From: a virus
Length of the DNA: 59,915 nucleotides
Direction: 5' to 3' (one strand)
Virus record (IMG/VR): IMGVR_UViG_3300025117_000028
Location: 1-59,915 of that record
A program made the position numbers and the translations under genes. Below are positions 20,010 through 30,139 of this stretch, piece after piece. How positions within the stretch are numbered: the stretch's first letter is position 1; every line of letters begins with the position of its first letter. The notes under the pieces are model-generated. The model was not told where the DNA came from and did no database searches. It was given only the letters and a program-made list of their open reading frames with translations.

Positions 20010-23000
20010 ATGCCGCGTTTAGGAGAAGACTCCTTAATTCCAAGTTGGGCATTTTGGGGAGGAATGGGTGCTGTTGGATTGACGTATGGCGTTAGGGCAT
20101 GGAATCAACTTGCTAATGCTCCAGGAGCAGATCTCGCTTTCCGTGGTTTGTCTTGGAGTGCCAGAAATATAGAACATAATCAACGCGCAGCAACTAATGT
20201 AGAACAGTTGTTTAAGCGTTCTAAGTATGTTAATGAAGGAATAACAAAACGCAGTTTATTGTCCGAATCAAAACCGTTAGGAATTGTAGAATTCGATGAA
20301 GTTTTAAAAGGTTTTGAAACCCGAGGATTAGTTACAGCAGAAGCAAGAACTAAATTTTTAGAAGGTATCCGTCCTGCCTTTGAGAGAGCGGTAGTTGTTA
20401 CACATGCCGAGACACAATTACCTGTCGCCTTGGATATTACATATAGAGCAGGTCAAAAAACCACTAGTTTTATGTTACCTATTTTACAGAGTCAGAAAGC
20501 TTTAACTGGCGATGTAACTCTTTCTCCTGATATCTTATCTGTATTGGCAGTAAGAAAAAGGGAAATGGGTTATATTCCCGGAGCCATGTATACAGCCATG
20601 CATGTTGCTGATCCTAGGCGAGCCTTAACTGGGTTATCAAGGAATGAAACTGTGGCGACTGATTTAAGGCGCGTTAATGTTATGCAATATTTATTTGAGT
20701 CCTTTTCGCAAGAAGGAGTGATGAAAAATATTTTATCAGGAGAGATAGATCCATCTAAATATTTAGAAGGATTTGAAGAACGAACCTTTTATGCTCCACT
20801 TACAGATTATAGAGCAGGAGCTTCAGAGGTGGCACATTCTGGAGAAGCCTTCAAGAGAAGTAGACAGACAATTATCATGAATCAGTTCTTGCAAACACCC
20901 GGAACAAGAGAATTAAAAAGTTATGCAACAGAAACATCTCCGGGTATTTTTGAGTTAACTGAGGGAGGTAGCCGACAGTTAACCATTGCACTTCCAGAAC
21001 TGTTACCTGGTAGTTCTTCTTCTCCTACTGCTGGAACCGTAATGTTACCCGAGCAACAAGCTGAAGTTAGAAAATTGTTTTATGGTTCTGCTTATAATGT
21101 AGACATGAGACAAGTCATGAGACCCAATACTGTTACTCTCGATCCTTCGTCTAAATATTATTCTTCGTTAAGCAAGGGAAGAAAATTATTTCCTGGTATT
21201 GCTACTCAAATAGGAAAAGAGGCAGTACCAATTAGTGTCAGATCTCTTTTTATAGATTCAGAGAAAATGACGGCGCATTTAGAAAGTTTAGGGTTTCCCA
21301 AGGGTTTCACCTTGGCCAAAGAAGAAATGTTCATGCCCTATGAGATGGGGAGAGCTATTCGGATTAATGGTCCTCGTAAAACCTATAGAGTTAAACAAGC
21401 ATTGTTAAATCAAGATCTACAAAATGTTTTATTAGAGTTAGAGAAATCTACGATTGACGGCAGACCTGGAGTAAATTGGGAAAATCCAGAAGGAGTACAA
21501 GCCCAGTTAAAAAAATGGGCAGAATCAGCCACTAAAGAAAAAAGATTAGTAACCTTTGGTGCTGGCGTAGAATTAGGAGTATCTCCGAATATTGTTGAAA
21601 AAGGAAATCCTGAAATAGTTAGGTTAAATAGAAGTGGTAAGAAACATATTTTAGAAAATATTAGATTATTTAAAGGAGCTAGAGGCGAAGGATATGTAGA
21701 AGCAACTTTTAAATCTCAATGGAAATTGTCCGAAGCAATAACTAAAATGTTTTTAAGCGAAAAGAAACGTGTCCGTCCAATGAGAGACATTGATGTCGCC
21801 TTAATTATGCTAGCAGAAAAACATCAGGGTTACACAGCTGGCTTATATAAAGAGAAGTTATTAGAAGATTTACCCGGATTAGAAGCTACAGGAATAGTGA
21901 AAAATTTTAGAGAATTAGTAGAGCTAGAATTTCGAACTACTTTCGGAAGAGGTCAATTGAGGGCACTGACAACGACTCACCCATTTGAAAAGTTTTTTAA
22001 AGGGGTACCGAAGACTGCAACTTTACATGATGTTTTAACTCAAAAAGGAGGAGCACTAAAATCTGCTAATATACAGTCCATGATGCTGGCTTTGTTAGAC
22101 CTAAATATATCCTCTAAAAAGAAAGGTGAGATTAAACGAATTATACAGGATCCTAATTTAGACGATCTTCAAAAGATGAATAAAGTTAGTCCAATGGTTA
22201 CTGTTGGAGATATTATAAACCCCGAATTTACTCATTCTTTTATTCCTGATCAACCGGATATTTATTATGCCGGAGGGAAAGTTCGATATACAAAAGACTT
22301 ATATGCAATGATACAATCTGGTCCAGAAAGAGAAGCACTACAACCATTCTTAGAAGATATAAGAAGTAGAGCAGTTGGAGCAGAAGTATCTGCAGAAGCC
22401 GCTTCTATATTAGAACGTACTCGTTCTATGGCTTCAACAGTATTACATAAAACAATTACAGGAGAAGTTTTGCCGTTAGAAGAATTAGCGCGTTTCGGAA
22501 ATAATTTAAATTGGGATAAATTGCAGGCAGTCTCTCAGCGGCATGGTGGTGCTTCTTGGTTAGACCTAGGAAATTTTGTGAATATAGAAGAAATGGGTGG
22601 GTCAATACGATATGTAGAATTGCCTACTTCTCCTGCCTTTGCTAATGAGATGAGAACAATGTTACAGAATGACGAAGAAATTGCGCAAAGTCTTTTAAAC
22701 TCTGTAAAGCGTTTAATTAACTCAGCTGGAGGAAAAGATATTAAATCAGCTCTTCAGGGTTATTTGGAAGAACAAAAGTCTTTGGCTATTTCTGCAAAAG
22801 GTGAAATTCAAGGATCTGTATATTTAACAGCTAGTTCTACTATACAAGAAAAAAATCCTTTTACGGTTGCAATTCCAGAGAAATATATTAAACGCATGCA
22901 TAAAGAAATAGGAACCACCTTAGATGAAGTTACTGGAGAATTTTTAGGAATGGCCGCTCGTGATCCTAATATTTCTTATTCTCGTAACGTCCCCGTAAGA

Positions 23001-24317
23001 ATTGTTTCGACTGAATCATTCTTGAGAAAGTCGATTGGAAATAAGTTCTATAATCTGATTCCAATTGGAGAAGAAGTATATATGTCTCCAATGTTGAAAG
23101 CATTGCTCGGAGCAGATAGTGACGGTGATATTATCAAAATAATGTTAGCTGGAAGTGAACTTAGTAAAACTTCTTTAGATAATGTCATAACCGGAGCAGA
23201 AGCAGCCTATGAGCAATTTTCTAAAAACTTAAGTGCAAATGTTGTAGAAGGAATTGGTACTAAATTTGGTTATGCTGCGGCATTTTTCGAGAAGGCATAT
23301 GGCCTATTAAAATCAGGAACTAATGTAAATCCATATCTATTCGAAACATTAGATGATTTAATTCAATCCGACGCAACTAGAAAGTTATTGGAAAAGGTTG
23401 GTATTGGTAAAGCCCATGGAGCTATGAACGCGGTAAGAACTTCATTACGTTTATCTTCTGAAACATCTTATAAGGCTGTTCATGCTCTTGCGACAACAGT
23501 GTTATTAGAAGAACAAATTATTAAAGCAAAATATGCAAAAGGTAGTCTTGCGGAAATTAAAAGATTAGCGACAGGCGGTTATTTGGCCGAAATGATGGAC
23601 GAAGCTATAGAAGCGGGTGATCCTCAACAGTTTGTTAATACTGCGTATGGTATCTTAGGTATAGACCCTGAAACTTTTGCAGATAAAAAAGTTTTAAGTA
23701 ACATTACAGAAGGTGCAGAAGAGATGATAAGAACTTACTCTAAATTTAGAGGAACCGACGAACTTCAGGCTGCTATTTTATTGAATCAAACCCATGGAGA
23801 TAGAGTTAAGGTTGAAGATTTCTTAAATGTTTTGCAAAAGCAAAAAAAAGTAGCCTCCCAATATTATGGTACAATACAAGAAGCAACAATGAATTATAAG
23901 GCTCTAGGTCAAGACATACCTGAACGTTTTGGTACTATGATCAATAAATTTGGAAAGTTATCTACTGGGGCTAAAGTTGGGTTAGCCGGAGGTGCATTTG
24001 CGGCTCTTGCTGGTGCTTCTTCTTTGATTGGTCAAATGAAAGCTTCGACTGCTGTTGCTGAAATTGATATAGATAAAAGTCGTAAATTTGAAGACGCATA
24101 TAAGATTTCTCGACTTCAAAAAAATGCTTATGCTTCTAGAGTTCAAGGAGAAGGTGGAAAATTCAGTTCTCTTAGTGCAGTCATAGATGAAGCATTCCCA
24201 GTAAAAGATAGAATCGCAAACATCAATAGAAGTTACGGTAATAATGTAAACGTAAGTGTATTCGATTATTCGCGCAATGTAGATATAGATATGTTACAAC
24301 ATCAAATGGAACAATAA
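20010..24317 (+). CDS. Putative single-subunit two-barrel (DPBB) RNA polymerase, probably virion-associated
   Basis: 'VYMSPMLKALLGADSDGDIIKIML' aligns without gaps to beta' '[24 protein letters not shown]'; upstream RDP and 'TVAIPEKYIKRM'; beta-like 'MRQV', 'EEMFMP' and 'TKMFLSEKKRV' in the N-terminal half. Confidence 0.75.
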   Translation: MPRLGEDSLIPSWAFWGGMGAVGLTYGVRAWNQLANAPGADLAFRGLSWSARNIEHNQRAATNVEQLFKRSKYVNEGITKRSLLSESKPLGIVEFDEVLKGFETRGLVTAEARTKFLEGIRPAFERAVVVTHAETQLPVALDITYRAGQKTTSFMLPILQSQKALTGDVTLSPDILSVLAVRKREMGYIPGAMYTAMHVADPRRALTGLSRNETVATDLRRVNVMQYLFESFSQEGVMKNILSGEIDPSKYLEGFEERTFYAPLTDYRAGASEVAHSGEAFKRSRQTIIMNQFLQTPGTRELKSYATETSPGIFELTEGGSRQLTIALPELLPGSSSSPTAGTVMLPEQQAEVRKLFYGSAYNVDMRQVMRPNTVTLDPSSKYYSSLSKGRKLFPGIATQIGKEAVPISVRSLFIDSEKMTAHLESLGFPKGFTLAKEEMFMPYEMGRAIRINGPRKTYRVKQALLNQDLQNVLLELEKSTIDGRPGVNWENPEGVQAQLKKWAESATKEKRLVTFGAGVELGVSPNIVEKGNPEIVRLNRSGKKHILENIRLFKGARGEGYVEATFKSQWKLSEAITKMFLSEKKRVRPMRDIDVALIMLAEKHQGYTAGLYKEKLLEDLPGLEATGIVKNFRELVELEFRTTFGRGQLRALTTTHPFEKFFKGVPKTATLHDVLTQKGGALKSANIQSMMLALLDLNISSKKKGEIKRIIQDPNLDDLQKMNKVSPMVTVGDIINPEFTHSFIPDQPDIYYAGGKVRYTKDLYAMIQSGPEREALQPFLEDIRSRAVGAEVSAEAASILERTRSMASTVLHKTITGEVLPLEELARFGNNLNWDKLQAVSQRHGGASWLDLGNFVNIEEMGGSIRYVELPTSPAFANEMRTMLQNDEEIAQSLLNSVKRLINSAGGKDIKSALQGYLEEQKSLAISAKGEIQGSVYLTASSTIQEKNPFTVAIPEKYIKRMHKEIGTTLDEVTGEFLGMAARDPNISYSRNVPVRIVSTESFLRKSIGNKFYNLIPIGEEVYMSPMLKALLGADSDGDIIKIMLAGSELSKTSLDNVITGAEAAYEQFSKNLSANVVEGIGTKFGYAAAFFEKAYGLLKSGTNVNPYLFETLDDLIQSDATRKLLEKVGIGKAHGAMNAVRTSLRLSSETSYKAVHALATTVLLEEQIIKAKYAKGSLAEIKRLATGGYLAEMMDEAIEAGDPQQFVNTAYGILGIDPETFADKKVLSNITEGAEEMIRTYSKFRGTDELQAAILLNQTHGDRVKVEDFLNVLQKQKKVASQYYGTIQEATMNYKALGQDIPERFGTMINKFGKLSTGAKVGLAGGAFAALAGASSLIGQMKASTAVAEIDIDKSRKFEDAYKISRLQKNAYASRVQGEGGKFSSLSAVIDEAFPVKDRIANINRSYGNNVNVSVFDYSRNVDIDMLQHQMEQ

Positions 24318-24318
24318 G

Positions 24319-27300
24319 ATGGCAGTTATCAATTCTCCAGGAATAATTCAAATCAATGATATTCACGTTACAATTCCTCCTACTCAGATAGAAGTGAATG
24401 TAATGTATCGAAATGAAAAAGTTGATGTCCTGCGTTCTCAAAGTGAATTATATTTAAGATCAGGGTATGGGACTGTCTTTTTTAGATTCTCGTTAGTTTT
24501 CCAAGATACAAAAGCCGTCAATGAAGAATTGATTCCGTTGGTTATACAATCTAATAAAACTCCCTTCTTCTATATTTCCAATGAAGCTTTGCGGACAGAA
24601 CTAGTTCCTTACTTAATTCCCAATATGACAGAAACAACCGATAGTGTACTTTATCAATTGTCTATTGTTGGTCGATTGTTAAATTTAAAATACTCTTCTC
24701 ATCCTCAGGCTCCTGGAGTTATTGTCGCTGATTTTAGTTTTTCATTATTTAATTACCGTCCTTTTATGAAACAGTGGCTTTATAAAACTCATTGGCCTAC
24801 CCCAGATGAAGTAGTCAATGCAGTTCGAACTATTGAAAATAGTTTTGAGCGTCCCACGAAACTAGTTCCTTCTACTTCTGTACAGATAGGTCTTGGAGTT
24901 AATGGTTCTAATCCTGCTGGCTTAACAGCATTTACAAGATCACCTGGTTCTGACTTAATGGCAAATATTGAACCTTATCAAAGAGATAAGGTTCAACTCA
25001 TTTTCAGAGACAATATAAAAGATACCAGAAAAAAACTTAAAGAAATTATTGATGATCCAAAAATATATGGAAATCAAACTACCAATCCTGTTCTCTCTGA
25101 TTGGTGGAAACATTATTACATGCATAAAACTTATCTTCAGGACGAACATACTAATGAACCGTTAAATCATATTGATCAAATCGAAAACAAATTAACTATC
25201 CATTATAAAGAATTTGCAAACCTCAAAGAAGTAGGTTTTACTCCGCGTTTTGAAGAAAATTCCAATACTGAAGTCTCACGTCCCGACCTGGATATAACTA
25301 AAATAGATTGGCGTTTACCACAATTCCAAGATCTATTAATTACGGCAATGGAAAATGCTTGTAAGTTTAAAGTAGAAGACCCAAGGCCATCAACACTAAC
25401 TGTTGATCAATCTGGTCACAACATAAAACCAACAGGACGACCTCTTATCCGAGAATTGAGTAAAAAGTGGAATACAAATGGAAAACAATGGATAAACCTT
25501 GTTAAAAAAATCTTTGGGTCAGACCCAAGATTAATTCCTACATTTCTTTTTATGATCATGCATGAATCTAGTAGGCCGACTGATAAAGGTGATCGATTTC
25601 TCGTGAATAAAAAAGAAGCAAAGTCATTAGGTTCTGAGTATAACCAAGCTTTTGGATTATTACAAGTAACTGAGATACATAAAAAAGAATTAGCTAAAGC
25701 AAAAATCATAAGTAGTGTTGAAAATTTTTATAGAGAAATATTAGAGCCTGAAACTAATCTTAAAGCAGCTTTATTGGTATATAAGCAGGCTAAGAATACT
25801 TTAAATCCTTGGCAACCTAAAGAGTCTGTTGCGATTTATATGAGACATTTCGATAATGAAGTTAAAGAACTTCTTTCTAGTACTAAACTGGTACAGAAAG
25901 AAACTGTTCAAAAAAAGACTGTCCAGGACTTTAGTAATGAACTATTTGGTGATACAAATGATATAAACATGACCAGTGATGGAATCAAGATCTCTGGAAA
26001 TGAGTTGTCCAATAATATAAATAATATCGAAATCCTTTATGAAGACTTTTACTCCACTAGAGACAAGGCCCTAAAACGAATCAATGAAGATTATGCAGAT
26101 AGTTATGATCAAGGATGGAGATCTGTCTATGAAATGATGACTAATCAAGAATATTTAAGAGAAAGAGGAAATACTTCCTTAAGAAATATTTTTTATAAAG
26201 ATCATAGTTGGGAAATGCCTCCTTCTCTTGTTCTTGAAAGTGTTGGAGTTTCTATTGACAACAATAATTTAACTATTCCTATTGCTGGAGCTTTACTGGC
26301 TACATCTCAACATTTAACAACTCCTTCTGCTAGATTTGACTTAGGAATACATGCTGTTCCAGAATTTGAGGAAGGAGAATTAATTCTCAACCAAGCACAG
26401 ATAGAGTTGAATAACATTTTGAAATTAGTTCAAGAACAGAATATTTCTTATAAATATGTGAACAAGAAAAATTCTTTAGCTATATCTAACTCTATCCTAC
26501 AAGTTGCAAATGTCAGTCAACAAGGGGAAGAAGAAGGATATAATTGGGATCATGTAGGCAGAGTTCCAGTTGTAATAGACAGTATTAATATTATTAGTGA
26601 TCAAAGAAGTCCAAATACTTTTATTTTAAATATTGTGGGCGCTTTTAATAGAACACAATTTGAAGAAGTAGAAAAAATAGAAAACTTTAACCTTTCTGTT
26701 GAAGAATTGGTATCTGAAATATGTCCTCTTCTCATACAGGATGTAACAAATATTGTTAAGAGTAGATATAAGAATGAGACAACTCCTTTTGATATTTTTT
26801 GGGATGTTGCCTTTTGGAAAGCAATGAGCAATAAATTTAAACTTCCTGAGAAATCTAAATATTCACAATTTCTTCCAGATATATCTGGAGATTATACAAC
26901 AACCGAAGAAGAAGCAATACAGTTAATGGGTTCTATCTTTCTTTATTTTTTCAGTTTGGGACCTTTTAAAATTCTTGAAGATTTAACAAGTGACACTCTT
27001 GTTGAACTTGACTTATATCTTGGAGTAGGAGGTCTTATTGCAACTATTGGGACTGGAGGAATAGCAGCAATTATAGGATTATTATTATCTATTGCTTCAA
27101 TGGCTACAAGCGTTCATGAATATCTTCAAAATTTTCAGACTAAAGAAGACCTAAAATCATATATGCAATTTTTAGATAAAGGGTTTATTAAATACCCCAT
27201 TAGAGATCATAAAGATTTTTTAGTAAATTTAGGTTTATCAAGCAACTTAATAGACTCAAGATCTGAAGATCCAATTATGGTTGAAGACGCCCTGACACAC

Positions 27301-30138
27301 CATAAATATGACATTATTCGTTATGCGATTAGAAACTATTCTCGTATTACACCTAAAGCTCGTGTAATGCTCGAAGCCTTTAGTTCACGCAAGCAGTTAG
27401 GAACTAAAAGTTGTTATCCTGATATGACATTGCCTCCAAATCCTTTCTTAGAAGAATTATATAGAGATTCGGAATTTGGAGATTTTTTTACAGAAGTAAT
27501 GCCTCCTTATTTTTATTTAGTAGGATCTGGAAATCAGAAGAGTGTTATCGAAAAGAAAATTGAAGAGTATCTATCTGATGCCGCAGAAGTTATTAATGAT
27601 AGTGAAGAGACACAAACCAAATTAAAACGTATTCAAGGAAATACAAGTTTATCTCTTGATCCTGAAATGCATGCAAGTAGATTATACGAACAAGATAAAG
27701 AGAAGAAATTAACAACTAAAGATGTAACTTTACAATTATATTCTTTTGAAAACGCTAAAGAATGGATAAAAACTTTAAAAGAAGATCTAACGAATGAATG
27801 TTATATAAAATCTTCTCCACAACGTATGGCTCCGACTTATAAGGTTTATTTCAAAGAGAGAACGTCCGACAAATTTTATTTTAATTTCTTTGATGAATTT
27901 TTTGGTGTTAATGCCATTCGTCGTATTTCTATTACTTCTACAAGAAAGTTCCCCGCTAGTTATGCAGTCATAGAGATATTAAATACTCAAGGCCATTTAA
28001 ATAATAAAGTATTTTGGGGAGCAGATGGAGCTAGAAGTGATGGAGGACATGTAGTCGAGTCTTCATTGATTCGAAACATGAAGAACTATAATACTTCTAT
28101 TACTAATACCTTATTAAAAGATGGAACAGATATTCAAATTAGACTTGGTTATGCTTCTGATCCTGAAGATTTAGAAACAGTATTTAATGGCCAAATTTTT
28201 TCTATTGAAGGAGAAGACGTTCTAACTATCAAGTGTTATTCATATGGTTATGAATTAGCAAGCAAAGAATACAATCCTTATGATGGCCATGAAGATGATG
28301 AAGACTATGATGAAACTTCTGAATTATTAGAATGGTGTTTGACTAGACCAGAAGTAATGCACTTTGGACGTAAAGAACTATTAGATTTCGTGGTCCCAAA
28401 AGGCTTTGGCCTCAATCTGAGACAACGTCTTCTTGGAGGTTTGCAGACAGACCGCGAAGGGAAGATAAGTCAAACAACTTTTAGATTTATTAGTTATCCT
28501 CAAAATGATAATGTATTCGTTGAAGAAATTAGAACAAAATATAGTAGATGGAGTCCGACAACATGGTTTGCAATGGCAGTTCGAGATGGTTCAAGTCTAG
28601 ACTTAGAGTCCTCAGTTCTTTCTATCAAATTCGAAGCTTTTAAAGAATGGTTTAAAGAGTTAGTTGTTCCTTGGAGTGAAGAAATATTTTTAGGACCATA
28701 TATTCCATTCAAACAAACTCTGTGGGATATCATTCAAGAAATGACGCTAAGACATTGCGGAACTATTGCTTCAGTAGTCCCCTACGACGACTACGTCACA
28801 TTGTTTTTTGGAAAACCTAGTTTATTCTATTTTTATAGATCTAGGGATTTATATGATTATATAAGTAACATAGAACATAACAACTTAAAAGAGAGAATAA
28901 CTGGTTCACTTGAAAAAACCAAGAAACAGTTTAGGAGATATCATTATGTGGATAGTATGTCTCATATTGTCAATAATAATATTCGGGCCGATTATTCTGG
29001 CACTTTTACAGAGATAACTGTTTTAACTGCTACTAAAAGAGATGATACAGCGTCGTTTAATGCGGATTATAATGACGAGACAGATGATACTAAAGATGTT
29101 ATTAATGATCCAGGAGATTTTGACCAAATTGCTCCCATGAGATTAAATAGAAATATAGTAGACAACTATATACGTGGGGCTACGATGGGTTTCCCTAATG
29201 TCAGGAATCAGACTATTGGAGAAAGATATGCCTCTTCTTTATTAGCTTTAAGTGCTCATGAGTTATATAAAGGGACTTTAACTCTAATTGGAAATGAAAC
29301 AATAAAGCCCTGGGATTATATGTATTTATACGACTCCTATAATGATATGTACGGAGCCATTCAGGTACGAGATGTTACTCACGTTATTTCCCCGGAAACT
29401 GGATTCGTAACCGAAATTGTTCCAGACATGATTGCTGTAACAAATGACTATGTAACAACTGCTTTGAAAGATGCAATGCTAAATGTTCTTAACCAAATAT
29501 GGTTAGATTCATATATGGAAGAAGCAAAAAGTTGGCAAACTTTGTCATGGGTACATGCCGAACCGGTTGTGAAATCAATAGAGTATGCCACAACTGCTAC
29601 GTTGGCTGTAAAAGCAGGATCATGGATAAGGACAGGAGCTACAAAAGCAGGAAAATGGGCAGAAGGCAAACTCTTGTCGCAGTCAAGAACTAATCTTCTT
29701 TACGGACCTGCTAGACAGGCAGTTGGTCAACACTTGAATGAAGTATCTGAAATGATAGGAAAGGTTGCAGCAAAAGCTCCAAGACTAACAAAGATAGCAG
29801 GTACTCTTGGACGTATCCCAATTAAACATCCGGTTGCAATGATTACAGCTGGTGTTGTAATGGTAGTCTTTGCAGGGGCACTAATAGATTTAGGCAATGA
29901 AGAAAAGACAGCATTTCCTGTCGTTGTTTCACCTTTGATTAAAAATGGAAAACCCTATGTAATAGGTGTTAATGGGTATGATATGAATACATTCCATCAA
30001 CACCTTTCTAAGAAGGTCCAAAAGTTTATAAAAAAATATAATCTGACTGAAGATTTAGCCGACGAATTAATGAGTATCTCTGTGATAGGTATAAGCAATG
30101 ATACATTAACTCAAGTACTTGAAACCCTAGGAAATTAA
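24319..30138 (+). CDS. Baseplate hub-like protein with an embedded lytic transglycosylase (SLT) domain
   Basis: SLT motifs 'IMHES' (E416), 'AFGLLQV', 'LEPETNLKAA'; hub motifs 'IQIRLGY..VFNGQI..LTIKCYSYG' and 'GTLTLIGNETIKPWD..VRDVTHVIS..GFVTEI'. Confidence 0.7.
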   Translation: MAVINSPGIIQINDIHVTIPPTQIEVNVMYRNEKVDVLRSQSELYLRSGYGTVFFRFSLVFQDTKAVNEELIPLVIQSNKTPFFYISNEALRTELVPYLIPNMTETTDSVLYQLSIVGRLLNLKYSSHPQAPGVIVADFSFSLFNYRPFMKQWLYKTHWPTPDEVVNAVRTIENSFERPTKLVPSTSVQIGLGVNGSNPAGLTAFTRSPGSDLMANIEPYQRDKVQLIFRDNIKDTRKKLKEIIDDPKIYGNQTTNPVLSDWWKHYYMHKTYLQDEHTNEPLNHIDQIENKLTIHYKEFANLKEVGFTPRFEENSNTEVSRPDLDITKIDWRLPQFQDLLITAMENACKFKVEDPRPSTLTVDQSGHNIKPTGRPLIRELSKKWNTNGKQWINLVKKIFGSDPRLIPTFLFMIMHESSRPTDKGDRFLVNKKEAKSLGSEYNQAFGLLQVTEIHKKELAKAKIISSVENFYREILEPETNLKAALLVYKQAKNTLNPWQPKESVAIYMRHFDNEVKELLSSTKLVQKETVQKKTVQDFSNELFGDTNDINMTSDGIKISGNELSNNINNIEILYEDFYSTRDKALKRINEDYADSYDQGWRSVYEMMTNQEYLRERGNTSLRNIFYKDHSWEMPPSLVLESVGVSIDNNNLTIPIAGALLATSQHLTTPSARFDLGIHAVPEFEEGELILNQAQIELNNILKLVQEQNISYKYVNKKNSLAISNSILQVANVSQQGEEEGYNWDHVGRVPVVIDSINIISDQRSPNTFILNIVGAFNRTQFEEVEKIENFNLSVEELVSEICPLLIQDVTNIVKSRYKNETTPFDIFWDVAFWKAMSNKFKLPEKSKYSQFLPDISGDYTTTEEEAIQLMGSIFLYFFSLGPFKILEDLTSDTLVELDLYLGVGGLIATIGTGGIAAIIGLLLSIASMATSVHEYLQNFQTKEDLKSYMQFLDKGFIKYPIRDHKDFLVNLGLSSNLIDSRSEDPIMVEDALTHHKYDIIRYAIRNYSRITPKARVMLEAFSSRKQLGTKSCYPDMTLPPNPFLEELYRDSEFGDFFTEVMPPYFYLVGSGNQKSVIEKKIEEYLSDAAEVINDSEETQTKLKRIQGNTSLSLDPEMHASRLYEQDKEKKLTTKDVTLQLYSFENAKEWIKTLKEDLTNECYIKSSPQRMAPTYKVYFKERTSDKFYFNFFDEFFGVNAIRRISITSTRKFPASYAVIEILNTQGHLNNKVFWGADGARSDGGHVVESSLIRNMKNYNTSITNTLLKDGTDIQIRLGYASDPEDLETVFNGQIFSIEGEDVLTIKCYSYGYELASKEYNPYDGHEDDEDYDETSELLEWCLTRPEVMHFGRKELLDFVVPKGFGLNLRQRLLGGLQTDREGKISQTTFRFISYPQNDNVFVEEIRTKYSRWSPTTWFAMAVRDGSSLDLESSVLSIKFEAFKEWFKELVVPWSEEIFLGPYIPFKQTLWDIIQEMTLRHCGTIASVVPYDDYVTLFFGKPSLFYFYRSRDLYDYISNIEHNNLKERITGSLEKTKKQFRRYHYVDSMSHIVNNNIRADYSGTFTEITVLTATKRDDTASFNADYNDETDDTKDVINDPGDFDQIAPMRLNRNIVDNYIRGATMGFPNVRNQTIGERYASSLLALSAHELYKGTLTLIGNETIKPWDYMYLYDSYNDMYGAIQVRDVTHVISPETGFVTEIVPDMIAVTNDYVTTALKDAMLNVLNQIWLDSYMEEAKSWQTLSWVHAEPVVKSIEYATTATLAVKAGSWIRTGATKAGKWAEGKLLSQSRTNLLYGPARQAVGQHLNEVSEMIGKVAAKAPRLTKIAGTLGRIPIKHPVAMITAGVVMVVFAGALIDLGNEEKTAFPVVVSPLIKNGKPYVIGVNGYDMNTFHQHLSKKVQKFIKKYNLTEDLADELMSISVIGISNDTLTQVLETLGN

Positions 30139-30139
30139 A

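Noticed and set aside
20010-24317. Calling the gene rpoB or rpoC
   Set aside because: Only core motifs are recognisable, both barrels appear to be in one chain, and the canonical NADFDGD is GADSDGD; a cellular gene symbol is not justified.
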